64,000 nucleotides of DNA, taken from the NCBI GenBank assembly GCA_050084515.1, contig CM114271.1, positions 44,330,001 through 44,394,000 on the forward strand. The letters are read 5' to 3'. The first letter of the stretch is position 1; each line of letters starts with the position of its first letter. The position numbers and the translations under genes were made by a program. This DNA comes from Blasia pusilla. Its lineage: Eukaryota. This document shows positions 39,355-51,689 of this stretch, piece by piece. The notes beneath the pieces are model-generated. The model was not told the origin of the DNA, did no database searches, and was given only the letters and a program-made list of their open reading frames with translations.

Positions 39355-40194
39355 TCTATATTATTATTTGAGGAGGGGGTATTACTTTATTTAGTAGCTC
39401 CCTTCCCACAGAAGTGAAGCCCTCCTTTAAAATAGCAGGAATGCTGGAAAATAGTGGATGAGATTGATATCCAGAACCTTTGATAAATAAATCCAATAAT
39501 GATATTCACTAATCTTTTTTCTATTTAACCTTTCGCATAGTATATTCGTGCATCGCATCGGCACCAACTAGTCTATATTATTAAGGAAGAATGGTTTTTT
39601 ATTTGCAAACACTATGTTTGACATGCGGACCAGCTAGTCTAAATTATTATGGGAGAGTATTTTTTATTTGTAAACGTTATGTTTGACATGTGACAACCGG
39701 AAATTTTTTTTTACTTGACAATAACAAAATATTTTTTATTCTATGAATAACAATTTATTTTTTCTTTTCAATCCAATTAATCAGCTAGTGGGTGCCGGTG
39801 CGATGCACGAATATACTATGCAAAAGGTTAAATAGAAAAAAGATTAGTGAACATCATTATTAGATTTATTTATCAAAGGTTTTGGATATCAATCTCATCC
39901 ACTATTTTCCAGCATTCATGCTATTTTAAAGGAGGGTTTCATTTCCATGGGAAACTAACTAGCTACTAAATAAAATAATACCCCCCTCCTCAAATTATAA
40001 TAGAGATCTATATTATTAAGGAAGAATGGTTTTTTATTTGAAAACACTATGATTATATTCGCACCAGGTAGTTTATTTGTAAACATTATGCTTGACATGT
40101 GACAACCGAAAAAAAATTTACTTGACAATAACAAAGTATTTTTTTTCTATAAATAACAATTTATTTTTTCTTTTCAATCCAATTAATCAACTAG
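39355..40194. mobile_element. Array of four mini-Helitron-like units: A(+) 39355-39571, B(+) 39572-39788, A'(-) 39785-40004, B'(+) 40007-40194
   Basis: Each unit runs TCTATA...CTAG. A ends cgtgcatcgcatcggcaccaaCTAG and A' is its reverse complement. B and B' are direct repeats (tctatattattaaggaagaatgg ... caattaatca.CTAG). Confidence 0.75.
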
Positions 40195-40837
40195 TGGGGC
40201 TGCCCACCCCACTAATGTCCTGTATTTAAGTTGCCCGCACGCAAATCGTTCCTTGCGGCGCACGGCTCTAGGCTCCAGAATCGGAAAGCTCATCCGTCAT
40301 AGTCGTAATGACCGTAATTGTGGTCGGTCTGACGTGATGTCGCAGAAAGAACCGTGGCCCCCGCGGCGGTTCAAATCGCGCGGCGTCCTTGGATGTGGCA
40401 CTGAGCCCACCGAGTTATAGAGTGCAGCGGTTGGGTTGGTCTCTCTGCTTCACTTTTGATTCGCGGCGTGGCCAAATTTCCCACCTCCATCTCGCTGCAA
40501 GCTTTCTGTCCATGCATGTACGAAAGCATTTGCTGGTCGCAGGGAGTGGTAGGTTTTGTGGAGCTCTTAGGAAAGAGCGCGAGAATGTGCGGATGTTGTG
40601 GCGGATCGCCTGAGTGTTGGAAGGACTGGGCATTTTCTGTGTGCAGTAGCGAATGAGATGTAGTTTCTGGTTTAGGATTTTTCATTGGTTGAACTGGCAG
40701 TGTCTTTTGAGAATTCGTTTGGTTGTAGCTCAGAACGTCGGTTGTGGGAGCTGAAGGCTTTTGACAGTCTCCGCATTCAGTATTGATAATTCGTGTACTT
40801 GCAGTGGTTTGAGTCATTGGCTCGACAGATTTTAAAG

Positions 40838-43800
40838 ATGGAGGGCAGGGAGAGGGCGATGTTGGTGGCGGCTGGGGTAGTGGCATTGCTGGGGTTGCTA
40901 AATGTGGTAATGGCAGTGCCGGAGGCGGCCCGAATAATATCAGTGCCTGGCTTTTCGTCGGAGTTGCCCTCTGCTCATTATGGCGGGTGTGTGGCTTTCC
41001 CCCCTAGTGCTGTGTGCTACTTCTTGAAAGAAATTGTGCGTTCGAACAAGAGGAGTAGCGTTCTCAACATTGTTTTGAGGGACAAATTGCCTGCGATCCT
41101 CCGTTTTCCCCTTCATTCTTCAAATTTTGATATAGCCTACCCCTGCACTATGTGAATCGCACATCTTGGCTCGAAACGTGTTTAAATGTCGCGATTCTAA
41201 GGAATGGGGCAGTTATTACTATTGTTGCAATTGCACAAAATGAAATTGCTGCAGCTCAGCAAAAGTAGGCAACAAGCTCAACTGCTGTTAGTGTGGCCCT
41301 GGCCTCACATCACTAGATAATCATTCGATTTTAAGGGCACGACTCCATTCACTCCGTAGTTCTTTCGTGTGCCAGTCGTGAGCATAACTCCTCTGCTGAG
41401 AAAATTTCGTACTAGAAAGAAAGAAGAAGCTGGTTCTGCCGTCACTTTCAGAAAAGAAGTCTGTACATTGTGGAATCTCCGGGCCAGTCCATAGAAACTC
41501 TTTCAGAGTGATTCGTCCGTCGTACATCTATCTGGTACTTTCGTGGAGTGGTCTTGTTCTGCTACCGTTTGGGTGGATATTGTTGTGAGCGTAGAAACTT
41601 GAACGTTCGGCGTCTCCAATGCGTGTAATTCTTGGAACTTGCTATGAATGTCAGGTATATGACGATTGACGAGGCACACGGACGTGAGCTATTTTATTAC
41701 TTTGTCACATCCGAAAGTAGCACTGCAGCCACTGATCCGTTGGTGCTTTGGCTAAACGGTGGCCCTGGCTGCTCTAGCTTTGATGGTTTCATTTACGAGC
41801 ATGGTTTGTGTCCTTTCACGGTCTTTGTATGTGCTATTGTGCTTCCTGAATACCTGAGATGAGAATCTGCCGCAAGCCTTTCCTGTGGTTTCTTGGTATT
41901 GCCACGTGTGCTCCACTACGTGGAGCAATAGTGATTCAAATTTCCAGAGCTGCTATCAAGCTGTATCTCAGTTTCTGTTGTCTCGTCACGTCCATGCTTG
42001 AAGTGAATGCAAGTACGGAGTCAATTTTCTATTGTCAGTTGAGTACTTGAAATGGTGTGAGAAGAATTTTGAGTTTTGAGCGACAAGAGTCAGTCCAATT
42101 TGCCTTTCAAACCTGCAAAAGCAACTGACAAGAAATGAGAATGTGATGGTTTCCTACGGGGACATTCTTCACCCTTTGCTCTCCCTTTTTGTTCCAGGTC
42201 CATTCCTTTTTGAGCCAGCTGCGAATCCCAAGGACCTTCCCAAGCTAACCTTGAACCCGTATTCCTGGTCGAAGGTATGTCATAACTTACAGCTCTCCCA
42301 AGACTTTTAGTCTATGACTTCTCCGATGCCACTAAACTTATTGCTGTCATGCTCTCGAATCTGGCTCCTTAGGTTTATGCATTATCTTAAACAACCTTCA
42401 GTGTTTTCTAATGTGTTCTCCAGATTGTCAACATCATCTATCTAGACTCACCGGCTGGAGTTGGTTTCTCTTTCTCCAAGAACAAGAGTGACTACCTAAC
42501 TGGGGATCTGAAGACTGCATCAGATACTTATAAGTTCCTTCTGAAGGTGGGAGAATCCTTAACGTTCATCTATATCTTTAATGTCTGAGCGATTCTTGTC
42601 TTGTGTACTGATCTGATAGTCATGCATGATTGTACCACAGGGTCACATGAGCAGGTTGTTGTAAAGTCTGAAGATCATCAGCTTTTACAATGCTTTCAGT
42701 CCTGAGCAATGTCATGTCTCCACTTTATACCATCACCTTCATGTGAGAAGTGAATTCACATACACAATGAAGCAGGAATACAGAGTAAAAGTCAAAAGGA
42801 GAATGATTGTGGTTGCATGCAGTAAATTTGAATTTAGTTTGACTTAAATCATGGTAGGTTCTGTGAATAAAAGGAATCAAAAAGAAATGTATGTGAGTAA
42901 TTTGTCCAAAACTACTTGTGAACCTGATGCTTTGACCTACCAATCAATGCTCAAGGTCCTTTCGTTGTAGGTTCTAGTTCCTTAACTAAGATGACAGATT
43001 TGTTGCTTTGTTCTAAACACTTCTTAAGCATCTGTTCTTTCAGAAACATATGTTTCAGAAACTCATTGATCCCTTCTTATTTGCTCCTCTGTTCTGAGGC
43101 AGTGGATTATGGAATATCCAGAGTATCAATCCAATCCTCTGTACGTCATTGGAGAATCATATGCTGGTATATATGTCCCAACGTTGAGCAGAGAGATTGT
43201 CCATGGTATGTATATGACACTCATCCATTTCTATCTATCTCTCTGATTGGAAGTTTCTAATATATCTACAGTAAGGTGATAATCTGTTCACAAACTATCT
43301 CTGTGACATATTGATGTCCTTACAGGTATCGAAGCTGGAGCAAGCCCTGTATTAAACTTTAAGGTAATATCAATTGAATATGTGCTACCTCGAACACGTT
43401 CTGATTGGTGCTCACCTTAGCTCACATTATCACCCTTCATTGGCGTCTTTAGAGTTTCACTTCCACAATTATCTCACGAGTTAATGATATTTAACAGGGA
43501 TATGCTGTAGGCAATGGGTGCACTGATGATGAGTATGATGGCAATGCATTGGTCCCTTTTGTCCACGGCATGGGTCTTATTTCTTCTGAGCTGTATGAGG
43601 TATGACTCCCTGATATCCATAATGACATCAGATGTTTGATTTTTGTAGGCTTGAGCATTAACTCATTCTGTAGACACCCTGACTACACCATCAGATTTGT
43701 ATAAAGTAACCATGTTTTACTAAATTGCAAGTGGTTAGTAACAATTGTTTGAATGGAATTTTGTCAGGGTGCAGTTCAAGCATGCCATGGAAACTACTGG

Positions 43801-46205
43801 AATGCATCGACTGATGAATGCATTCAAAAACTAACGGCTATTGAATTAGTAAGGCTTTGACTTTTGTCATTCAATTTTTATGTTCTTTTCTTGTATATAC
43901 ACTGATCAAAATGTGGTATGTTGATTTATATCTGTCTTGAGAGTTTTTTTATTATCATTTATGGACCTTGTCTTGTCTGGGGTTTTTCTACAACTAATTT
44001 AATTATTGATGAGTTTTGCAGGATATAAGAGACATCAATGTCTATGACATTCTTGAACCCTGCTATCACTCACCAAAGTCCTCGGATAGATTGAGTAGTC
44101 AGACTAGGCTTCCCAGCAGTTTCCGAAAATTAGGTGAAACACAACGTCCTCTTCCTACACGCATCCGGATGTTTGGTCGTGCCTGGCCTTTATATTTGCC
44201 AAACAAAGCAGGGCGTGTCCCCACATGGGGAATGTTAACTGATGATTTGGAAGTTCCATGCACGGTATGGTTCCGCTGTTACATCTTGTTCCACACTGCT
44301 AACCTAAATTGCTGGACTAGAAAGTCACAGAAAGGTCAGGATATGGCTGCACAACTGAAGTAATCAGAACAACAAACGAGTAGCATTCAGTCATGTATTT
44401 GAACCGTCATCTCTCTGTATTGTAGGTCTCTAGCCACAAAGTTACTACATGGATTACTTAATGATTAGGGTCTCTGTGTTGTTGTGAATAGGTGTTGTAT
44501 GAATGCTCTCACTGTGCCTATGAAAGTCTAGACCCGTAGCAAATACTTCCTGTAACATTTGGCAAAGTGGTTTGACTGACATGATTCATTGTAACAGGAT
44601 GATACTGTTGCAAACGCTTGGCTCAACTCTCCATTTGTTAGAGAAGCTCTTCATGCTAACAGTGTATGCTCCTACATTTCCAATACACTTACTGTATTTG
44701 TCCCTCGTGGTAATCGGTCATGAGGTCATCTTTAGATATTCAACACCAGGAAGGAATTAGGGTCGCTCCATTAATTCTTTTAACTGATTTTTTGGGAATG
44801 ATGTGTTGTATGCCAGATCAAGGAAATTGGAAATTGGGAGCTTTGTACTGATAACATTATCTTTTATCATGATGCGGGAAGCATGATACCTATTCATAAA
44901 TATTTAACATCCAAAGGCTACAAGGCCCTTGTGTACAGGTTAGTGTGTGCCAAAGTGCTAGGTTCTCATAAAGACTCTGGTGTTTGGTGTATCTTGTCAT
45001 ATAGGAAGTGACTAAAAAAACTGCAAGTGTTTGACTAAAAGAGGGTAATTTTAAGCGCATGCACTCAATTGCCAGTCACTTTTGCTAGTGTGTCCACCAC
45101 GTAGACGCTATCACTCTGAGTCACGGTAATCTGGTGTGTTGTTTGGGGGTGCTATCATTTGTCCTCAAAATCATTCAGTAACACCTTGTTGACAATAAAT
45201 GGTTAGGGCTTGAGCAATATTTGGTGAAGATGAAGAAAGAATGTTAGGAAATATTAGCTAAATTCTTTCCCAGATGTTGAACGGGAATTTGCTGGATGAC
45301 TTGGCAGCGGAGATCATGATATGTGTGTTCCATACACCGGTTCTGAAGCTTGGACGAGGGGCATGGGGTACACAACTATAGACCAATGGCGGCCCTGGTT
45401 TGTGGATGATCAGGTTGCAGGGTATGGCACCACACTATTTTAGTTTTAGCTTCCTCTGTTTTGGCTCTCTGTGTCAGCTACATATTTGTAGCCATGAGGT
45501 AGATCAATTTTAGAGTGCCAATGTTCTAGGAGAGAACAGAGTAGATGGTTTCAATTTCTTCTTTGTAACCACCTAAGGGCTGCATCCCATGGGCGCAGCG
45601 TCCTTGCAACCCATGGCCATCACAGAATTCCCTGCCCCCAAAACTTTTGGGTGCAGGAAATGTCCAGGATTGTCACACTTGTTTGAAAATCAGATTATTC
45701 AACATTCTGTGAAATGTTGTCCAATGGTAAAACGACTTACTGCATTACCCCTTTGATAAAAGGGTCATGGCAACCCGCACGGCTATCCATGGGATACGAC
45801 CGTATGAGGCATCGTAGGCAAAGAACCAGCTCTAATTTTTTGAGAGCAAGCCCATTGGGAAGAGCATTAGTACATCAGTTTACATCTTTAATTTGGCACT
45901 TGCCTCACGAGTTACAATTTATGTATTTATTTTTGCAGATACACTCAGGGGTATGAAAACCATCTTACATTTGCTACGATAAAGGTGAGATAGCTGCAAA
46001 TTTATGATTTACCATCTGTTTAGTAGTGAGCCATAAAGCCTGTCATGGTAGTGCATAAGAAAAGGAGTATTTTCAGAACTGAGATCTTTTGAAAGCTAAA
46101 AATATGGTGTGTGCTGTACAGGGTTCTGGTCACACCGTTCCTGAGTACAAACCTGCAGAATCTTTGGCTTTTTTGCATAGATGGCTTAAAGGCGAAGCTT
46201 TGTAA
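40838..46205 (+). CDS. Serine carboxypeptidase-like protein (peptidase S10, SCPL20-like), ~498 aa, 14 exons
   Basis: Exons 40838-40986, 41655-41803, 42198-42274, 42424-42546, 43103-43205, 43326-43363, 43498-43599, 43768-43848, 44022-44264, 44598-44663, 44817-44938, 45308-45421, 45939-45984, 46122-46205 (1497 nt). Signal-peptide-like N-terminus, [25 protein letters not shown]. Catalytic triad motifs GESYAG (Ser), SGDHDMCVP (Asp), [11 protein letters not shown] (His). Confidence 0.95.
45577..45802. mobile_element. MITE (Tourist/PIF-like) in SCPL intron 12
   Basis: Imperfect TIRs gggctgcatcccatgg / ccatgggatacgaccg with flanks taa/tat and an internal hairpin. Confidence 0.45.
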
Positions 46206-47449
46206 TACTCCTTTCAGCACAAAGGATGTATGCCCCCTGGCTGATATTAAAGCAATTCCTGCTGCCATCAGTTGTATTTATGCTGTGGACGGAGTGTAAA
46301 AAATACTCAGCGAGGTTTCCCTTTCATTACGTAGACCTCACTAGGAGAGGCAATAAAATTCATTTGGTCTAGCTAAGGATGAAGAAATGGTAAATATTAA
46401 AAAATATGGACAATTTTTTCCTCCGGAATTCACCGGAAAACAAATATTTTGCAATGGCCAATTTTCGTTTGGATTGGAAAATGTTATGATTGCCAATATA
46501 TGTATCTAGAATTGCATGTTTTTGTTGTTGCTGCCAGTCCCATTGGATGGTGAGCTGAAATACAGTTGTTTTGTGGTACAACTCATTCATTAATTCATAC
46601 TCACAAGAACAGAAAATATAGTTGTAAAGGCTTACGGATCCTACTCAGGTTGTCCGTGTGATCTAATGGTGGTCATGCTTTGCCCAAGTGCTCTTGAAAA
46701 ATTTAAATCCTATAAAGCAAGAATTTATGTAAGCATTCTGCACATCTTCCGATTTAGTGAGTAAACTTTGAAAATAAGCAAAGAGAACGAATTTGACTCT
46801 AGTTGTACACTTCATAGGAACGATAATCATGATTTTAGATATCAAAACCTGGGTTAAGACTGCCCACAAACTAAGTCATCCATGTAAGCACACTTAAAGT
46901 TTAAAGGGAATTATATGATGTAGTACGGAATTCGGAATGCATGATATGTTGCACTAATATGGATGGAAGAGTGTGGGAGGTAATGGTAAATACAAGAAGC
47001 TCGTGTGATCCAAAAGATCATAAATAATTCATCTGACAAAGAAAATATTTTAAAGGTTTCTTTTATTTTTAGAGCACTTGAATAATGATATTCTCAATAT
47101 AACAATTTGAACAAAATATTAGGTATAGTGAAAAATAGAAATTCCCCACATCAATTTTATGAATTAGTGTAATTTCTAGAATCATATCTAAGACATTTAG
47201 TAAACACATGTTTTTCATGCTCAATTCTTTTACATCACATAACCTATAAATTCGTTTGCTTCTATAAATTTTGTCTCCTCGATGCCTAGACTTAGTTGGG
47301 TGTTGTACGATGGCATGATGTAAGAAAGTGCAGTTTCGTGTAAGTAGGTACCCTTGTTCACAATATACAAACATAAGATTAATATGAAATTGATAATATT
47401 CCATTTTTGTGCATGGAATGCTCCAAAGAATGGTGAAAAATCTCTTTTG

Positions 47450-49700
47450 TAGATGTTCGCGGAATGCCATTGGTTTCAAGTCCTAATCTCGTTAGTTACA
47501 TTCCATTTTGTAGACCAAGTCACCACATGTGTAATCTATCCTATGGAGAGTGTGGCTCGTAATGCTTGATGAGGGAGGCGAGAAATATCAAGAGATCTCA
47601 TCCTTGCGATAGAAGTGATGGTTAAGTAGAGAGTCTCCGCCTCAAGTGGTAGGAGACTTGTTTCTACAAGAAGAATAACATTATGGGTTTGGTTTCTCAC
47701 ACCAAATTCTTCTTGTAGAAAATCTAATCTTGCAACCTGTCTACTTACAAGTAGGGCCCCATATAAGATCACAGGGAGAACTAAAATCCTAAATGAGAAC
47801 TTCCTAAGATCCCAAGATATAAAATGAGCTTGTTTACATTGATTCAAAAGTGAATTTAGAACTTTGTAACCTGATTCTATTCTCTTTAGAAGGAAAAAAT
47901 GCCCAACTATAATCACGAGAGAAATCAATGCCTAGATACTTATAGCTCTTTACTTGTTCAACTCGTTAACCTTTGTAAAAGAACGAGAACTTGGATCTAG
48001 TATCCACTACAACGACTTTAGACTTCTCCATATTAACCTCCATTTGATTCTTGGTGCAAAAAAATTCCAAAGTGTTAAGACATTTTTGTAAACTAAGGAC
48101 ATCCCATGCTAGTAATATGATATCATCTACATACAATAAAGCTTTGATAACAAAGTCTTTCAACTTCACACTTTTACTTTCACATTCCTCCAATCACTTG
48201 TCAATGTCATCTATGGAAACTCCAAATAGAGTAGGGGAAAATGGAACACCTCGAATAACTCAATAATACTCAAGATCTCTTAAGTTTTTGAATCTTTGAT
48301 TTTGGCCCGAACACATTCGTATAATCTTGTCACAACAGCAAGGAGATTCTATGGAACTCCATTGTTTTGTAGCCTATCCCATAAGAGCTTACAAGAGAAT
48401 ATATCAAAATCTTTCTTAAAATCGATGAAACCACAAAACAAAGCTTTCCCATGTACCTTAGATTTCTCCCGTAGAGCACGTAAGGCCACGATATGGTCGA
48501 TGGTGTTGTATGTTGAGCAAAATCCAGCTTGGACTTGTGCTCTCTTTTAGAAAGACTTTGTCCATGTGCTCAACTTTCACTCCACCAATTTCCCCAAAAG
48601 CTTCGCAAAAGCACTACCCACCAACCATGATTGTGCGATAGTTTGTCACCAAATCCTTCCTTTCTTATGATTTGTGAATGGGAATAATCTCCCGAAGTGA
48701 CCAAGTACTAGGAAAACCATAGATAACAGCATCACCCAATACTTTGGTGAGGATGGTCCCAATAGGATTTCCTTCCCACTTGAGAAGTTCAACAGAAAGA
48801 CTATCTGAATCTTTATATTTGTCACTTGCTAGTTTTCTAAGTTGAGTCATCACCACTGCTTCAAAGAATAATCCTCAGATACCTTCACAATGGGGCATTG
48901 AGGTAACATCAAGAAAGAAATAGAGCACCAAGATTTGATTCAGGTTGAGGTTCTAAAATTTCAAATGTAGAGATATAAGAGCTAGTAGTGGGCAAAGAAA
49001 GAAGATAGTCGATGGTGTTAGCACCGGTAGGGGCGAAACAAGTATTTGAGTGAGAGTTGGGAAAAGTACAAGTTCCATTGAGAACTTTCAAGTTACAAGT
49101 GACTCCAAAAGTTTGAAAAATGCCCTTTCAAAGGATAAGTGGAAGGGTTCGAAGAGACTCTAGACCATAAAAAATCATTTGGTTATCCGAGAAGAGGAGA
49201 TGTCAAGGAGTCACTAAATTGGATAAATTGAGTAATATGTGTGCAAGCAATGAAATCCCCTACTAGAAAGACTTCACCTTGTCTTTGATATTTGAGAACA
49301 TGTGTATTAAGATGATAAAATAATTGACTCCTATTGCACGCATGCGTTGAGTAGATAGACATGGAAAGTGGTGCAAAATAACACACTGCTAGATAATAAT
49401 AATCCCCAACCAAACCAAGACGTAGCCAATGATATTGGCTCTTGATATTATAGATGTATAAGGTGAAGAAATTCAGACATGATGTTAGTAGCAATCCCTC
49501 CATAAGCCCTTTCCGCATGTTTCATTCTTTTGTTCCATGTTGATCCCACTAAACTAAACCCTTGTAACTCTCTAAAGGTATTGCTCTCATGTTCCGATGT
49601 CTTCACAACATTGATGATGTCTGCCTTCTCCCAAACAGTCAGAGCATTTCGTGCGCCTCCTCCCCTTTATTGGCAAGTAAGTCTTTTTACTTGAGGTAGC
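47450..49700 (-). mobile_element. Degenerate non-LTR retrotransposon (LINE; APE endonuclease + RT)
   Basis: Minus-strand fragments: endonuclease YYLAVCYFAP...VFLVGDFIACT and NTIDYLL. RT IIPIHKS, GFIDFKKDFD, GVPFSPTLFG and ALLYVDDIILLA...VNMEKSKVVV. Confidence 0.85.
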
Positions 49701-49894
49701 ACTATTACACCCAAAATGATGATACCCACCACTCTATACACATCTTTAACATACCCATCATCTTGTGTGAACCAAGTCAAGGGAGGCTATGGACCAACCC
49801 TATAATACAACCATCACAAACCAATAGAGTGCCCACATCCTCAGCAAAACAACAACACCTTACAAGTAAGGTGGTGTTGGAAAGATGATGTAAA

Positions 49895-50556
49895 ACCCAT
49901 TGTAATGCACCAAAGATCTTAACAAACGCTTCATCAAAGGCTGAGAAAATGGCCAAAAACAACTATAAGAGGAGTCGAGTTGAGGGCCAAAAAGAGGGAC
50001 TCGAAGGTCTTTTCCCCAAAGGTAGGGGAAGGGTGGGGATCCCCTAAAGTGTTAGTAAGGGGGAAGGTCTCCAAGAGTGCTTGGGACTTGAACCCCTTTT
50101 TGGGGCACCGTGGGGCGACCTAAGGGCATGTAATGAATCGGGAGTTTTGGCGTTGGGCTTCGAAAGCCAAACCATGTCCAATAGAGTGGATTTTTGAGGT
50201 CCCTATTGGATTCCAACCCGTGACTTATTTAGTTTGGTCTCGGTTTTGGGGTTCATGCGAGGTCCATTAGACAGTTGGGACTGCTATGCGTGCGAACGTC
50301 GTTTTAAGTTCCTAGACTTACCAGAAAGTCTGTCCCAAGTCTCGCAAGGCTTGCCCGTGTTGGGAAGCTAGAAATTAGGGAAGGTTGAGCTTGATGAGGT
50401 GCCAAGTTGAGAACTTGATGGGTTGGAAGGCCGATTGATGCAGACGAGACTAACGTGAGTGTGTTTGGGGACAGATCGGAAGTGAGAGTGTGTCCTACTG
50501 AATATACGCTTCCGCAACACTAAAGATTGACGTTCAAGAGGAGTAGGTGCACGACA
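49895..50556 (+). mobile_element. 5'-truncated LTR fragment, family A
   Basis: Matches the 3' two-thirds of the family-A LTR and ends gagtaggtgcacgaCA. Confidence 0.85.
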
Positions 50557-51362
50557 CTTTCATAATAGTGAGTTGTAGTTGGTCGTAATTACCATAGTGG
50601 AAAGATAGACTTGGTCAAGATTACCAAAGTGGTACAACTATCTCCCAATGTGGCTACACAATCATCACTCCCATTCCTTGAAAAATATTTTTGCACTATC
50701 TATTTTTATCATTTTTTCTTGTATCATATCATTTTTTTTATTAGTTAATCTTCTCACTTTGTCTCTGCCTTTGCACTATATACTAGTAGCATTATTTCCA
50801 ACACTCTAATATTTTTCCTACATCATGATGACCAACAATAAATCTTATAGAAGAATTATCATTGCTTCTGCATACGACCTTTTCTACAAAAAAAAAAGAG
50901 TCCTCACAAAAAAATGATGTTGTTGCCACTAGGGCTCCTAACAAGGAAATTTGACTTTCCACCTACACAAAATGAAGTCCTCCAAGACTCCATATTAAAT
51001 CAAATTGACAATGACTAACACTGCCAACTTTGTTATCTATACATAACATTGTCAAGCCATATTCATCTTTAGTTATGAGTAAACTCAAACTCTAACATCC
51101 TAGCTCCTACCAAACACTAGAAGGAGAAGTAATTCATACAACATGAGAAAGATGGCTCTTGAAAGCTATCTCCTCATCTTGTCTATTTTTGGGAAGAGCT
51201 GAAAAAAATTTAAAGATACACTTAAATGGAAACATACGCATGCAAATTACCTGACCCTAAATCTCCTATTGGCATAGGGATATTTAAAATGGACACTCCT
51301 TCTAAATAGCATAATGAATAGAGTATCGCTTGTTGTCCAATCTAAGGGTATAGGGGTTAAAA

Positions 51363-51689
51363 TGTAGATCACCCTTCTCTTTATGAAGAGTGACAACCTT
51401 GGAGAGGTTGACCCTCCCATCCTTGTGTGGAGCCACTTGGGTCCATAGGGTCGAAGGTTAGTTGGTAGTTGGTCTCATGAGAGGACAACATATGGTTCAT
51501 GAGAAAGATGGCTCTTGACCTAGAGTACACCACAAATTATTAACTCCCTAACAACTACACATGTTGTCTTCTCATGAGACCAACTACCAACTAACCTTCG
51601 ACCTTATGGACCAAAGTGGCTCCACACAAGGATGGGAGGGTCAACCTCTCCAAGGTTGTCACTCTTCATAAAGGGAAGGGTGACCTACA
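51363..51689. repeat. Near-perfect inverted repeat, ~132-bp arms and ~62-bp spacer
   Basis: 51363-51494 is the reverse complement of 51557-51689 with only a few substitutions. Confidence 0.9.

Noticed and set aside
40371-40886. 171-aa antisense ORF at the SCPL 5' end
   Set aside because: No recognisable domain; likely a by-product of the GC-rich 5' UTR and first exon.
43148-43170. SCPL as an acyltransferase in a metabolic gene cluster
   Set aside because: The motif is GESYAG (peptidase-like) rather than the GDSYSG typical of clade IA acyltransferases, and no other biosynthetic genes are in the window.
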